A DNA stretch of 64,000 bases from Deferribacterales bacterium (GTDB taxonomy: Bacteria; Chrysiogenota; Deferribacteres; Deferribacterales; Geovibrionaceae). This document shows, piece by piece, positions 19,498 to 28,783 of this stretch (within the stretch, counting starts at the first letter, position 1; each line of letters starts with the position of its first letter). The position numbers and the translations under genes are program-made. Below the pieces are notes generated by a model. That model saw only the letters and a program-made list of their open reading frames with translations, did no database searches and had not been told where the DNA came from. The stretch spans positions 224,001 to 288,000 of the forward strand of contig JBFWLW010000001.1 in the NCBI GenBank assembly GCA_050251945.1, read 5' to 3'.

Positions 19498-20405
19498 TGG
19501 AAATACCCGGCAGATACATGCTTACAGACATCATAAAAAGCAAGACAAAGGACGGCAAACCTTATCTTCGCGCCATAATGTGCGACAAAGAGGGCAGCCG
19601 GCGCAACGGTATCATGTTCGAGAGCAACAAACTGGAATTTGACCCGCAGAACGGTGATATCGTCGATGCGGTGGGCATGATACAGCAGTTCGGCGGACAG
19701 GATCAGCTTAAGATATCCACCATGACCGTTGTTAAAGATGCCGATCCGTCTGATTTCCTGCCGAAAAGGGGTATAGACTCCGAAGAGCTTATTCAGGAGC
19801 TTGAACTTCTCCTTCTGGAAAAGATAACAGACCCGCACCTCGCCGGACTTGTTGACAGATTTTTTAAAGACACGGAAACCCTTGAAAGCTTCAAAAAGAT
19901 GCCAGCGGCAAAATCCGTACATCATGCGTACGTCGGCGGGCTTTTGGAACATACTCTGAGCATTGTTCGACTTTCGGTTCTGGTGGGCGATTACTATAAA
20001 GACCTTGTAAACACACAGCATCTTATCATGGGCGCACTGTTCCACGATCTTGGCAAAGTGAAGGAGATGCAGGCGGGAACCGGACTTGAATATACCGACA
20101 GCGGTAAACTGCTGGGACATCTTCTGCTTGGCGTTGAGATGCTGAATAAATACATTTCAGAGATAGAAGACTTTCCGGAAGATCTGAAATATCTTATATC
20201 CCATCTTATTGTGAGCCACCACGGACTTCTTGAATACGGCTCACCTAAAAAACCGAAAACCCCCGAAGCGTTCATTCTTCATCATCTGGACGACATGGAT
20301 GCAAAACTGAACACCTTTTTCTCCATTTTTGAAAGGGACGGGGTGGAAAAAGGATGGAGCGGTTACGACAGGCTGCTTGAAAGGCAGCTTTTTAAACATA
20401 GCTGA
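19497..20405 (+). CDS. OB-fold/HD-domain 3'-5' exonuclease (YhaM/Cbf1 family)
   Basis: N-terminal OB fold (KDGKPYL), HHAYVGGLLEHT, FHDLGK, SHHG. Confidence 0.88.
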   Translation: MEIPGRYMLTDIIKSKTKDGKPYLRAIMCDKEGSRRNGIMFESNKLEFDPQNGDIVDAVGMIQQFGGQDQLKISTMTVVKDADPSDFLPKRGIDSEELIQELELLLLEKITDPHLAGLVDRFFKDTETLESFKKMPAAKSVHHAYVGGLLEHTLSIVRLSVLVGDYYKDLVNTQHLIMGALFHDLGKVKEMQAGTGLEYTDSGKLLGHLLLGVEMLNKYISEIEDFPEDLKYLISHLIVSHHGLLEYGSPKKPKTPEAFILHHLDDMDAKLNTFFSIFERDGVEKGWSGYDRLLERQLFKHS

Positions 20406-20425
20406 TTATTTTTGGGAGGCATTAA

Positions 20426-21079
20426 ATGCTTGGCAAGTTCAGGGTGTTCGTTCAGCGTTCGCTGATAACAGGTATTCTGGCTACGCTTCCTCTTATTGTG
20501 ACCTTCTGGGTCATTAAGTTCCTTTTTGAAAAGTTTTCCAGCTTCTTCCTGCCGTATCTGGGCATGATAACCAGACATATGGAAGTTGAGATACACATTT
20601 ACATACAAAAAGTTATCTCATTTTTTATCATTCTTATCATTCTAGTGCTGATAGGGGTTGCTGCGAAACACTACATCGGCAAGGTCACACTGAACTTTGT
20701 AGAGCGCATTGCAGACAAGATACCAGTTGTGCGCAGTATCTATTCATCCATCAGGCAGGTCGTTCAAGCTGTTCAGACGGCCGGCGGCGGAAGCTTTCAA
20801 AAAGTCGTGCTGGTGGAATATCCCAGAAAAGGGATGTATAGCCTTGGATTTCTGAGCAGAGAATCCTGTGAATTTTTCAATAAGGCGACAGGAGAGGTCT
20901 GCATCAACGTATTTATCCCCACAACTCCCAACCCCACGTCGGGATTTGTGCTCATCATACCGAAGAAAGAGATAGTTGATGCCGAAATATCAGTGGATGA
21001 CGGCATTAAGTTTATCATTTCCGCCGGACTTGTTGAACCTGATGACAGCAAGAATATTGAGGAAAAAAATGTTTCTTAA
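20426..21079 (+). CDS. DUF502 membrane protein
   Basis: IPVVRSIYS, VVLVEYP, FIPTTPNPTSGF. Confidence 0.9.
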   Translation: MLGKFRVFVQRSLITGILATLPLIVTFWVIKFLFEKFSSFFLPYLGMITRHMEVEIHIYIQKVISFFIILIILVLIGVAAKHYIGKVTLNFVERIADKIPVVRSIYSSIRQVVQAVQTAGGGSFQKVVLVEYPRKGMYSLGFLSRESCEFFNKATGEVCINVFIPTTPNPTSGFVLIIPKKEIVDAEISVDDGIKFIISAGLVEPDDSKNIEEKNVS

Positions 21080-21875
21080 TCTGGCGCTCATCGGCAATCC
21101 TTTAAGCCATACCTTTTCCCCTTTTATCCAGACCCGTTTTCTTAAAAGCTCATCTCTTAACGGCGGGTTCTGCTGTTTTGAAACAGACGGCGGTCAGGCA
21201 CTTGCCGAAACCATTGACATTCTTCAAAGATTCTCATTCAGAGGCTTTAACGTCACTGTTCCGCACAAGGAAGAGATAAGACAATATCTTATATCGGAAG
21301 ACGAAGTCGCTTCCGGCGTGGGCGCAGTTAATACGGTTCTTAATGAGAACGGTCTTAAAGGATTCAACACGGATGTTTACGGCTTTGAAGGGATGCTGGA
21401 AGACGGCGGGTGCGACATGAACGGCGCGGAAGTTCTTCTTCTGGGCTGTGGAGGGGCATCAAAAGCTGTGCTTTATTCGCTGAAAAAGAGCGATGTGAAG
21501 CTTACCGTGGTCAACCGCGACACTGATAAAGCTAAAAGAATTTTAAAAGCAATGAACTTTGACAGAGCATCTGTTCAGGATTATAATTTTATTAAAGCTG
21601 ACAGAAATTTTGACTATGTGATAAACGGCACCAGCATGGGACTTAAAGACGGTGTTTTCGCAGATATGTCACGCGTGGGCTGTTCTGTGGCTGCTGTCGA
21701 TCTGCAATACAAGAAGGGGCTGACGCCGTTTCTTATGCAGATGTCCGGCTGCGGGTGTAAACTTCTGGACGGGTTCCCGATGCTGGTCTATCAGGCGGCA
21801 AAAGCCTTTGAAATATGGACGGGGATACACCCCGCATTCAGTGTTGAGGAGATTGCCGGAGAGCTTGGTCTTTAG
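21069..21875 (+). CDS. aroE: Shikimate dehydrogenase
   Basis: GNPLSHTFSP, GFNVTVPHK, GAVNT, NTD, GCGGAS; start re-set to MFLNLAL. Confidence 0.92.
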   Translation: MFLNLALIGNPLSHTFSPFIQTRFLKSSSLNGGFCCFETDGGQALAETIDILQRFSFRGFNVTVPHKEEIRQYLISEDEVASGVGAVNTVLNENGLKGFNTDVYGFEGMLEDGGCDMNGAEVLLLGCGGASKAVLYSLKKSDVKLTVVNRDTDKAKRILKAMNFDRASVQDYNFIKADRNFDYVINGTSMGLKDGVFADMSRVGCSVAAVDLQYKKGLTPFLMQMSGCGCKLLDGFPMLVYQAAKAFEIWTGIHPAFSVEEIAGELGL

Positions 21876-21884
21876 GAGGCGGAT

Positions 21885-22961
21885 ATGTCTTATAACCTGC
21901 AGGAACTGCTTACCAAAATGGTTGATATGGATGCAAGCGACCTTCATATCACAGCCGGTTCACCGCCTGCATTCCGCATAAGCGGCGATCTCATTAAAAT
22001 GGATGACGAACCTCTTTCGCCTGCAGATACTAAGGCTATGTGCTACAGTATTCTGAACGAATCCCAGAAAAAACGTTTTGAAGAAGAGTGGGAACTTGAC
22101 CTTTCATTCGGAATAAAAAACGTAAGCCGTTACAGGGCAAATTTCTTTATGCAGAGGGGTGCCGTTGCTGCCGCTTTTCGTATAATTCCATATAAAATAA
22201 GAACTTTTGAACAGCTTAACCTTCCGCCTGTAGTGGCGGGTCTCTGCGATAAACCCAGAGGGCTTGTGCTTGTCACGGGTCCCACCGGAAGCGGTAAATC
22301 CAGCACTCTTGCGGCAATGATAGACAAAATAAATTCCGAGCAGCCTGTTCACATTGTCACCATAGAGGATCCTATTGAGTTTGTGCATCCGCACAAGATG
22401 GCTACTGTGAACCAGAGAGAGCTGAATGCAGATACGAAATCGTTTGCGAATGCACTTAAATATCTTTTAAGACAGGATCCCGACGTATGTCTTATAGGCG
22501 AAATGCGCGATACGGAGACCATTGAAGCGGCGCTTACAATAGCGGAAACCGGACACCTTACCATGGGAACCCTGCATACCAACAGTGCAGTGCAGACCAT
22601 AAACAGAATAATAGACGTGTTCCCTTCCAATGCGCAGTCTCAGGTGCGGGCGCAGCTGTCTTTCGTTCTGGAGGGTATCATCTCCCAGCAGCTTGTTCAG
22701 AAGGCTGACGGAAAGGGCAGGGTCATGGTGTGCGAAGTGCTTATTCCTACTTCCGCCATACGCAACCTGATACGCGAGGACAAGCTTCATCAGGTCTATT
22801 CGTCCATGCAGGCAGGTCAGGGTGAACACGGGATGCAGACCATGAGCCAGTCGCTTATGGACAACTTCCGCAAGGGGCTTATAACTAAAGAAGAGGCAAT
22901 AAACAGAGCTATTTACCCCGAAGAGGTAAAGCAGTTGATGAAGCGCGAAGGCTTTATGTAA
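21885..22961 (+). CDS. pilT: Type IV pilus retraction ATPase
   Basis: GPTGSGKS, TIEDPIE, LRQDPD, AETGH, AIRNLIRE, GMQTM. Confidence 0.95.
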   Translation: MSYNLQELLTKMVDMDASDLHITAGSPPAFRISGDLIKMDDEPLSPADTKAMCYSILNESQKKRFEEEWELDLSFGIKNVSRYRANFFMQRGAVAAAFRIIPYKIRTFEQLNLPPVVAGLCDKPRGLVLVTGPTGSGKSSTLAAMIDKINSEQPVHIVTIEDPIEFVHPHKMATVNQRELNADTKSFANALKYLLRQDPDVCLIGEMRDTETIEAALTIAETGHLTMGTLHTNSAVQTINRIIDVFPSNAQSQVRAQLSFVLEGIISQQLVQKADGKGRVMVCEVLIPTSAIRNLIREDKLHQVYSSMQAGQGEHGMQTMSQSLMDNFRKGLITKEEAINRAIYPEEVKQLMKREGFM

Positions 22962-22989
22962 AATATTAAATGACTGTTTTTACAGCCTT

Positions 22990-23130
22990 CAGGTTGTTGA
23001 CAAACTAAATTTACACAGACTCACATTAGACTGCTTCGGGTTAAAACCCTCGCAGAGACGGTTTTTTGTCTTCGCGAGGAATGCATGCGACGACGCGATC
23101 TAGCATTTTACTGACTTTGCCATCAGTCTG
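22990..23130. mobile_element. MITE-like element copy 1 (141 bp)
   Basis: Imperfect TIRs CAGGTTGTTGACAAA / TTTGCCATCAGTCTG. The reverse complement matches 52238-52378 at 131/141 positions by hand alignment. No ORF. Confidence 0.85.
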
Positions 23131-23140
23131 AGGTCTGTTT

Positions 23141-24397
23141 TCACAACCCTTGTTTTTCTGTTATTCTTTCAATTTCCGCAATTGCTTCATAGATGTTGTA
23201 ACGCGCAGTGTTCTGGTTGCTCTCCGCGCGGGTAAGCATTACTCTGGCATCCAGCAGATCGGTGTTGGTTGCCACCTTCTGTCTGAATCTGTTCTGCGTT
23301 ATGCGGTAGTTCTCTGTCGCTGAATCCGCTTCGCTGTTTGCCGTTTCAAGGCTTGCTTTCGCCAGTGCCAGATTTTCCAGAGCAGTCTTAAGCTGTAGTT
23401 CCATTTGTGATTTGAGGTCGTTCAGTTTGTAAACAAGCGCGTTCTTTGCCGATTCCTGCGCCATGATATTGTTCTTTTTTGTAAAACCGTCGAAAAGATT
23501 CATGTTGACCGATGCGGAAAGCAGCGTTTCCGAATCGTATGTATAATCCCTGTCCGCAGGAGAAACGTCCTGTCCGTATGAATAGAACCCTGCGCCTACG
23601 TCAACTCGCGGCATATATCCTGCTTTGACAGCCTTTTTGGAATACTCTGCCGACTCGATAAGACTGCGGGTATATTTTATCTCACTCCGGTTTTCAAACA
23701 TCTCTTTTTTCAGTTCGTCGTAAGGCGGGGTGTTACCGGAAAGCTGAAACGGCTCAAACACTTCATTTCTGGGGTAGTCGATTCCGGTGAGCTGTTCCAG
23801 AGAGAACACCGCAGTCCTGTAACCGCTGACAGCGGAAAGATTTGTCTGTTTTGCGGATGCCAGTTCCGCTTCGACCTTCAGCACCTCATTTTTTGCGACG
23901 TATCCGACGGAATAGGCAAGGTTTATATCTTTAAGCTGATTTTCAAGCAGAGCAACGGCACGTTCCGCCACTGTTATGTTTTCTTTTGCCTTGAGTATTT
24001 GAATGTAGGCTTTTTTTACGGACAGTTCCATATCCTGTTTCATAGCTGTTTCAGTAAACCTCTCTGCTTCATATTGTTTTTCGGCGGAAAGATAACCGTA
24101 TTTGTCAGCACCGCCGCTGAAAAGGTTATAGGATATTTCAAGTCCGACCTGAGAGAACTGTTCCTCGACGTAATTGAAGGCTTTCTCGGAGCTGTGCTTA
24201 TATGCGTATCCCGCATCCGCTTTCGGAAAATAGCCGCTCTTTTGCGCCTGTGCCTGATATTGTGATGATTTAACTGTGTATCTTTGTGATTCAAGCGAGC
24301 TGTTGTTTTTGAGAGCCGAATCAATTGCGGCATCCAGCGTCATTGCGGAAGCCGAAACGGCTGAAAGAAGAATCATTCCAAGAATATATTTGTTCAT
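23141..24397 (-). CDS. TolC-family outer membrane efflux protein
   Basis: Reads on the minus strand: CAT at 24395-24397 and TCA at 23141; the ORF track's + label is wrong. Signal peptide and two OEP repeats (GYFPKAD, GYMPRVD, TNTDLLDAR). Confidence 0.88.
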   Translation of the reverse strand: MNKYILGMILLSAVSASAMTLDAAIDSALKNNSSLESQRYTVKSSQYQAQAQKSGYFPKADAGYAYKHSSEKAFNYVEEQFSQVGLEISYNLFSGGADKYGYLSAEKQYEAERFTETAMKQDMELSVKKAYIQILKAKENITVAERAVALLENQLKDINLAYSVGYVAKNEVLKVEAELASAKQTNLSAVSGYRTAVFSLEQLTGIDYPRNEVFEPFQLSGNTPPYDELKKEMFENRSEIKYTRSLIESAEYSKKAVKAGYMPRVDVGAGFYSYGQDVSPADRDYTYDSETLLSASVNMNLFDGFTKKNNIMAQESAKNALVYKLNDLKSQMELQLKTALENLALAKASLETANSEADSATENYRITQNRFRQKVATNTDLLDARVMLTRAESNQNTARYNIYEAIAEIERITEKQGL

Positions 24398-24504
24398 ACA
24401 AGCCTCTTATCTTTCGATTATATCAGATACGGACAGTAAACGCAGTGATATTATCAAGGATTAAACGCCTGTTCAACATATTTAAGCCGATTGAAAACCG
24501 GACA

Positions 24505-24942
24505 TTAATAGTTTTCTACAGCTTTGATGTTTCTTATAAATGTTTTGAGCACATTTTTTGCCGTTTCATATTCTTCTCCGGAGATATCTTTCAGGAAGTT
24601 CTCTGAATAAAAGTTTATGATCGGTTCAACGGGAATGAGAGCATCTTTTCCTGCATCCGTGATGAAAACATGCGTAACCCTGCGGTCTTTGCGGTTTTTA
24701 ACCTTTTTTACATATTTTTTCTTCACGAGACGGTTGACAACGCCTGTTGTTGTGGGTTTGTCAAAATAAAGAAGGTGCCCCAGTTCGGTCATATTCAGCC
24801 CGTCCTGCTCGGAAAGGCGAATGAGAACCGCCCACTGTGCCGGAGTGAGGTCAAACTTACGCAGTTTGCCTTCAAACTCTTGTCTGGCAAGTGTTGAAGC
24901 CCTGTTGATCAGAAATGTGAGTGTATCGTCAAGTCCTAACAT
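24505..24942 (-). CDS. MarR-family transcriptional regulator
   Basis: LTPAQWAVL, TTGVVNRLVKK, DRRV..VFITDAG. Confidence 0.92.
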   Translation of the reverse strand: MLGLDDTLTFLINRASTLARQEFEGKLRKFDLTPAQWAVLIRLSEQDGLNMTELGHLLYFDKPTTTGVVNRLVKKKYVKKVKNRKDRRVTHVFITDAGKDALIPVEPIINFYSENFLKDISGEEYETAKNVLKTFIRNIKAVENY

Positions 24943-24948
24943 AGCGCT

Positions 24949-24977
24949 AGATTAGAGATGTGTTTGTTTTTTGTCAA
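24949..24977 (-). promoter_or_regulatory. Sigma70 promoter of marR, probably leaderless transcript
   Basis: Minus strand reads TTGACA-17 nt-TAATCT-6 nt-ATG. Confidence 0.7.
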
Positions 24978-25062
24978 CATATTAGTTGTGTCAATAAAAT
25001 AAATTTATACTATTTCTTTTACTATTTGCATCGCAAACATTACGGTGCTTTTCAATATTCAA

Positions 25063-25091
25063 TTGAAAACAGAACGTATTTTGTGTATTTT
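25063..25091 (+). promoter_or_regulatory. Possible sigma70 promoter for the LOG operon
   Basis: TTGAAA-17 nt-TATTTT. Confidence 0.35.
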
Positions 25092-25109
25092 AATTGTTTC
25101 CTGTAATGG

Positions 25110-25802
25110 ATGGTGTTTATGAAAGATTGTAACGATATCGGCGGAATGCAGTATCTGATTGATGATATGAAGGTGGGTGACACCTGGCGTATATTCAAGA
25201 TTCTCGCCGAATTTGTAGAGGGATTTGAAAAGCTTTCCGGAATTGACCCTGCGGTGACGGTTTTCGGTTCCGCAAGGGTGAAAGAGGGCGACGCGAAATA
25301 TGAACTTGCCAGAGAGATAGGCAGGAAGCTTGCCGCGGAAGGGGTCAGCGTTGTTACAGGCGGCGGTCCCGGTGTTATGGAGGCGGCGAACAGAGGCGCT
25401 TTTGAGGCCGGAGGTCAGTCCATCGGACTTAATATAGAACTTCCGTTCGAGCAGAAAATCAATCCTTATGTAAAAAAGTCAGTGACTTTCGACTATTTTT
25501 TTGTAAGAAAGGTAATGCTGGTCAAGTACGCCAATGCGTTTATAATTCTTCCCGGCGGGTTCGGCACGATGGACGAATTTTTTGAGGCGATAACCCTCAT
25601 TCAGACGGGGAAAATAATACCTTTCCCAATGATACTCGTGGGTACGGAATATTGGAGCGGGCTTTTGGACTGGCTGAAAAACTCTATGCTTGAGAACGGC
25701 TTCATCAAAAAGCAGGATCTTCAGTATATCCAGCTTGTCGATACCCCTGATGAGGTCATAACAATAGTAAGACAGTTTCTGGATACAAACAGGACGGTGT
25801 AG
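25110..25802 (+). CDS. LOG-family (TIGR00730) nucleotide phosphoribohydrolase
   Basis: VFGSAR, TGGGPGVMEAAN, FFVRKVML, PGGFGTMDE. Confidence 0.92.
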   Translation: MVFMKDCNDIGGMQYLIDDMKVGDTWRIFKILAEFVEGFEKLSGIDPAVTVFGSARVKEGDAKYELAREIGRKLAAEGVSVVTGGGPGVMEAANRGAFEAGGQSIGLNIELPFEQKINPYVKKSVTFDYFFVRKVMLVKYANAFIILPGGFGTMDEFFEAITLIQTGKIIPFPMILVGTEYWSGLLDWLKNSMLENGFIKKQDLQYIQLVDTPDEVITIVRQFLDTNRTV

Positions 25803-25803
25803 C

Positions 25804-26472
25804 ATGAAATTATATGACCTGCACACGCACACGACATTCAGCGACGGAGCGCTTATCCCCGCCGAATCGGTACGCAGGGCAAAAACGGACGGCTATGGCG
25901 GCATGGCTATTACAGACCATGCGGACGAGTCCAATTATTTGCTTATATTGGAGAACCAGCTCCGTTTCAAAGAACAGGTGAACGCTAAGAACGATGATTT
26001 CAAGGTCATAATCGGTCTTGAGCTGACCCATGTCAACCCCGACAGGATAGGCGAACTCACGGTTAAGGCGCGCAAAGCGGGCGCAGACATTATTGTGGTA
26101 CACGGCGAGACCATAGTCGAACCCGTGGAAGAGGGTACAAACCTTGCTGCCGTTGAAGCCGGGGTGGATATCCTGGCACATCCGGGGCTTATAACTGAAG
26201 ATGTTATCAGAAAAGGCATCGCTAAAGGCGTTTTTTTCGAGATATCAACCCGCAAAGGACACAGCATCACCAACGGACACGTTGCAAAAACAGTGCTGGA
26301 ACTTGGCGGCGAACTTGTTATAAATAACGATTATCATGCACCCGGCGACAGAGTGAGCTTTGAACAGGCAAAAAGAATCCTTGCAGGAGCAGGGCTCAAC
26401 AATGAACAAATTGAGAAAGTAATTAATAATAATAAAGTTCTTTTTGACAGACTTTACGGAGGAAGAAAGTGA
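25804..26472 (+). CDS. PHP-domain phosphoesterase (histidinol-phosphatase-like)
   Basis: DLHTHT.FSDG, ITDH, VVHGET, ILAHPG, NDYH. Confidence 0.85.
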   Translation: MKLYDLHTHTTFSDGALIPAESVRRAKTDGYGGMAITDHADESNYLLILENQLRFKEQVNAKNDDFKVIIGLELTHVNPDRIGELTVKARKAGADIIVVHGETIVEPVEEGTNLAAVEAGVDILAHPGLITEDVIRKGIAKGVFFEISTRKGHSITNGHVAKTVLELGGELVINNDYHAPGDRVSFEQAKRILAGAGLNNEQIEKVINNNKVLFDRLYGGRK

Positions 26473-27047
26473 GCAATAGAAAACCTGTTATTGACATCGA
26501 AGAAGAACCTATTGATAAGGTTGAGCATTTTTTAGCAAGAAACCTTAAGAAAATGGTTGTAGGGCTTGTAGCCCTTCTTGTTCTGTTCGTGCTTGGTTAT
26601 ACGTTCACAAAAATGAACAAATCCAAAGACACTATGCTGGTTAACAGAGTCGGTATGCTTGAGCTTACCGCTATAATGAACAACTACGAAGCTTCAAAAG
26701 TTGCTGAATACAGCAAATCCGCATCCGAATTCAAAAATGCATCCGACTACATAAACCTGCGCTCAGCAGAGATGTACGTTCAGGGTAAAAATATCAAAGC
26801 CGCTGACGAGATGCTGGCAAAATCCGGCGGTGAAATGAAAGAACTTGCCGACAGTCTTAAAGCGGATATCGAAGGTCAGGGTGTTGACCCCAAAGCCTAC
26901 ATAAACTCCGGTAAACTCGGTTCAGTATGGTATTACAGAGCTTGTCTCGCAGCCGCCGGCGCGGACAAAGAGAAACTGATGAAAGAGTTTGAAACTGCAT
27001 ATCCCGAAAGCGAACTTCTGAAACAGCTTAAAAGGTGGAATGGCTGA
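26469..27047 (+). CDS. Single-TM periplasmic helical protein (TPR/YfgM-like)
   Basis: One N-terminal TM helix, helical remainder, overlapping start and stop with neighbours. Confidence 0.55.
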   Translation: MSNRKPVIDIEEEPIDKVEHFLARNLKKMVVGLVALLVLFVLGYTFTKMNKSKDTMLVNRVGMLELTAIMNNYEASKVAEYSKSASEFKNASDYINLRSAEMYVQGKNIKAADEMLAKSGGEMKELADSLKADIEGQGVDPKAYINSGKLGSVWYYRACLAAAGADKEKLMKEFETAYPESELLKQLKRWNG

Positions 27048-28783
27048 TGAAGAAGGTTTTAAGCGGTAATGAAGCATTCGCCCGCGCGGCATACGAAGCG
27101 GGCGCGGGTGTCGTCAGTTCTTATCCCGGGACACCCAGTACAGAGATAACTGAGAACGCTGCACACTATAAAGAGATATACACCGAATGGGCGACTAACG
27201 AAAAAGTCGGTCTTGAGGTTGCCATCGGCGCCAGCCTTGGCGGAAAAAGAGCTATGTCCTGCATGAAGCACGTCGGGCTTAACGTTGCAGCAGACCCGCT
27301 TATGACCCTTTCATACACGGGGGTTAATGCAGGTCTCGTCGTAATCGTTGCTGACGATCCCAACATGTACAGCTCGCAGAACGAACAGGACAGCAGGCAT
27401 TACGCCCGCTTCGGCAAGGTGCCTATGTTTGAACCCTGCGACAGTCAGGAAGCGAAACAGTTTACCAAAGACGGGTTCGCACTTTCCGAGGAATACTGTA
27501 CGCCTGTTCTTGTACGCTCAACCACAAGAATATCCCACGTTCAGACAATAGTTGAACTTGAAGACAGAGCTGAGGCACCAAAATTTGCACCTGAAAATAA
27601 TATCTCCAAATGGGTCATGATCCCGGCAAATGCAAGGAAGAGACACAGGTTTGTAGAGAACAGACTTGAACTTCTCACAGAACTTGCCGAGAGTGAAAAA
27701 TATAACAAAATAACCATGAGAGACAAGACGATAGGTATTGTATGCTCAGGTGTTGCCTACACTTATGTCAGAGAGGCTGTGCCAGAAGCATCAACACTTA
27801 AACTTGACCTCGCATGGCCGCTCCCTATGAAAAAGATAGCAAAATTCGCCGCATCCGTTGATAAGATGTATGTGGTCGAAGAGCTTGATAAATTCTATGA
27901 AACCGAAATAAAGGCAGCAGGAATTGCAGTTGAAACCCTTGAAAGGGATGTCTGCGGAGAGCTTTCCGTTGACGCTGTTCGCGAACTCTTCGGACTTCCC
28001 CCCGTTGAGGCGGATGTGGATACCACTCTTCCGTTCCGTCCGCCCAATATGTGTCCCGGCTGTTCCCACAGAGGAATTTTCTATGCCATTAGCAGACTGA
28101 AACTGTTTGTAACGGGCGACATCGGCTGTTACACCCTCGGTCTTCTTCCGCCTCTTCAGGCTATCAATACGACAGTCTGCATGGGCGCAAGTATCGGCAT
28201 GGCGCACGGTCTGGACAAAGCCACAGACGATATGTCAAAAAAATCCGTCGCTGTTATAGGCGACTCCACATTCCTGCACACAGGTATAAACTCTCTGGTG
28301 AACACTGTTTACAATCAGGGTCACTCAACGGTTATCATCCTTGACAACACCATCACCGGTATGACCGGACACCAGCCCAACGCAGGCTCCGGTAAGGATA
28401 TTCACGGCAACCCCACGCCTAAGATAGACTTTGCGGCGATCTGCAAGGCCGTGGGCGTTAAAGAGGAGAACATCCGCGTTATCGACCCGTTTGACATTGC
28501 AAACGCTATGGAAGTGCTTAAAGAGGAAACGTCCAAGCCTGAGCCCAGCGTTATCATCACGAACAAGCCCTGCATCTTCGCTGACAGAACCGTCATTGAA
28601 GAACCTTATTTCATACACGAGGACAAATGCAGCGGGTGCCGCGTATGCACTAAGCTAGGCTGTCCCGCGATAGCCTGGAACGCCGAAAAACGCATTGCGC
28701 TTATCGACGAAAACCTCTGCACCGGATGCCATCTCTGCATCAAAGTATGCAAATTCGGCGCTATTGAGCAAAGGAGCAAATGA
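27035..28783 (+). CDS. iorA: Indolepyruvate:ferredoxin oxidoreductase alpha subunit
   Basis: YPGTPSTEI, MKHVGLNVAAD, CPGCSH, GDIGC, GDSTF, C-terminal 2x[4Fe-4S]. Confidence 0.95.
   Translation: MEWLMKKVLSGNEAFARAAYEAGAGVVSSYPGTPSTEITENAAHYKEIYTEWATNEKVGLEVAIGASLGGKRAMSCMKHVGLNVAADPLMTLSYTGVNAGLVVIVADDPNMYSSQNEQDSRHYARFGKVPMFEPCDSQEAKQFTKDGFALSEEYCTPVLVRSTTRISHVQTIVELEDRAEAPKFAPENNISKWVMIPANARKRHRFVENRLELLTELAESEKYNKITMRDKTIGIVCSGVAYTYVREAVPEASTLKLDLAWPLPMKKIAKFAASVDKMYVVEELDKFYETEIKAAGIAVETLERDVCGELSVDAVRELFGLPPVEADVDTTLPFRPPNMCPGCSHRGIFYAISRLKLFVTGDIGCYTLGLLPPLQAINTTVCMGASIGMAHGLDKATDDMSKKSVAVIGDSTFLHTGINSLVNTVYNQGHSTVIILDNTITGMTGHQPNAGSGKDIHGNPTPKIDFAAICKAVGVKEENIRVIDPFDIANAMEVLKEETSKPEPSVIITNKPCIFADRTVIEEPYFIHEDKCSGCRVCTKLGCPAIAWNAEKRIALIDENLCTGCHLCIKVCKFGAIEQRSK

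Noticed and set aside
22997..23027. TTGACA inside the element's terminal repeat as a promoter
   Set aside because: No convincing -10 hexamer at 16-18 nt spacing.
23141..24397. ORF track labels the 418-aa TolC-like ORF as + strand
   Set aside because: The + strand begins TCACAACCC and ends ...TTCAT. The listed protein is the reverse-complement translation, so the gene is on the minus strand.
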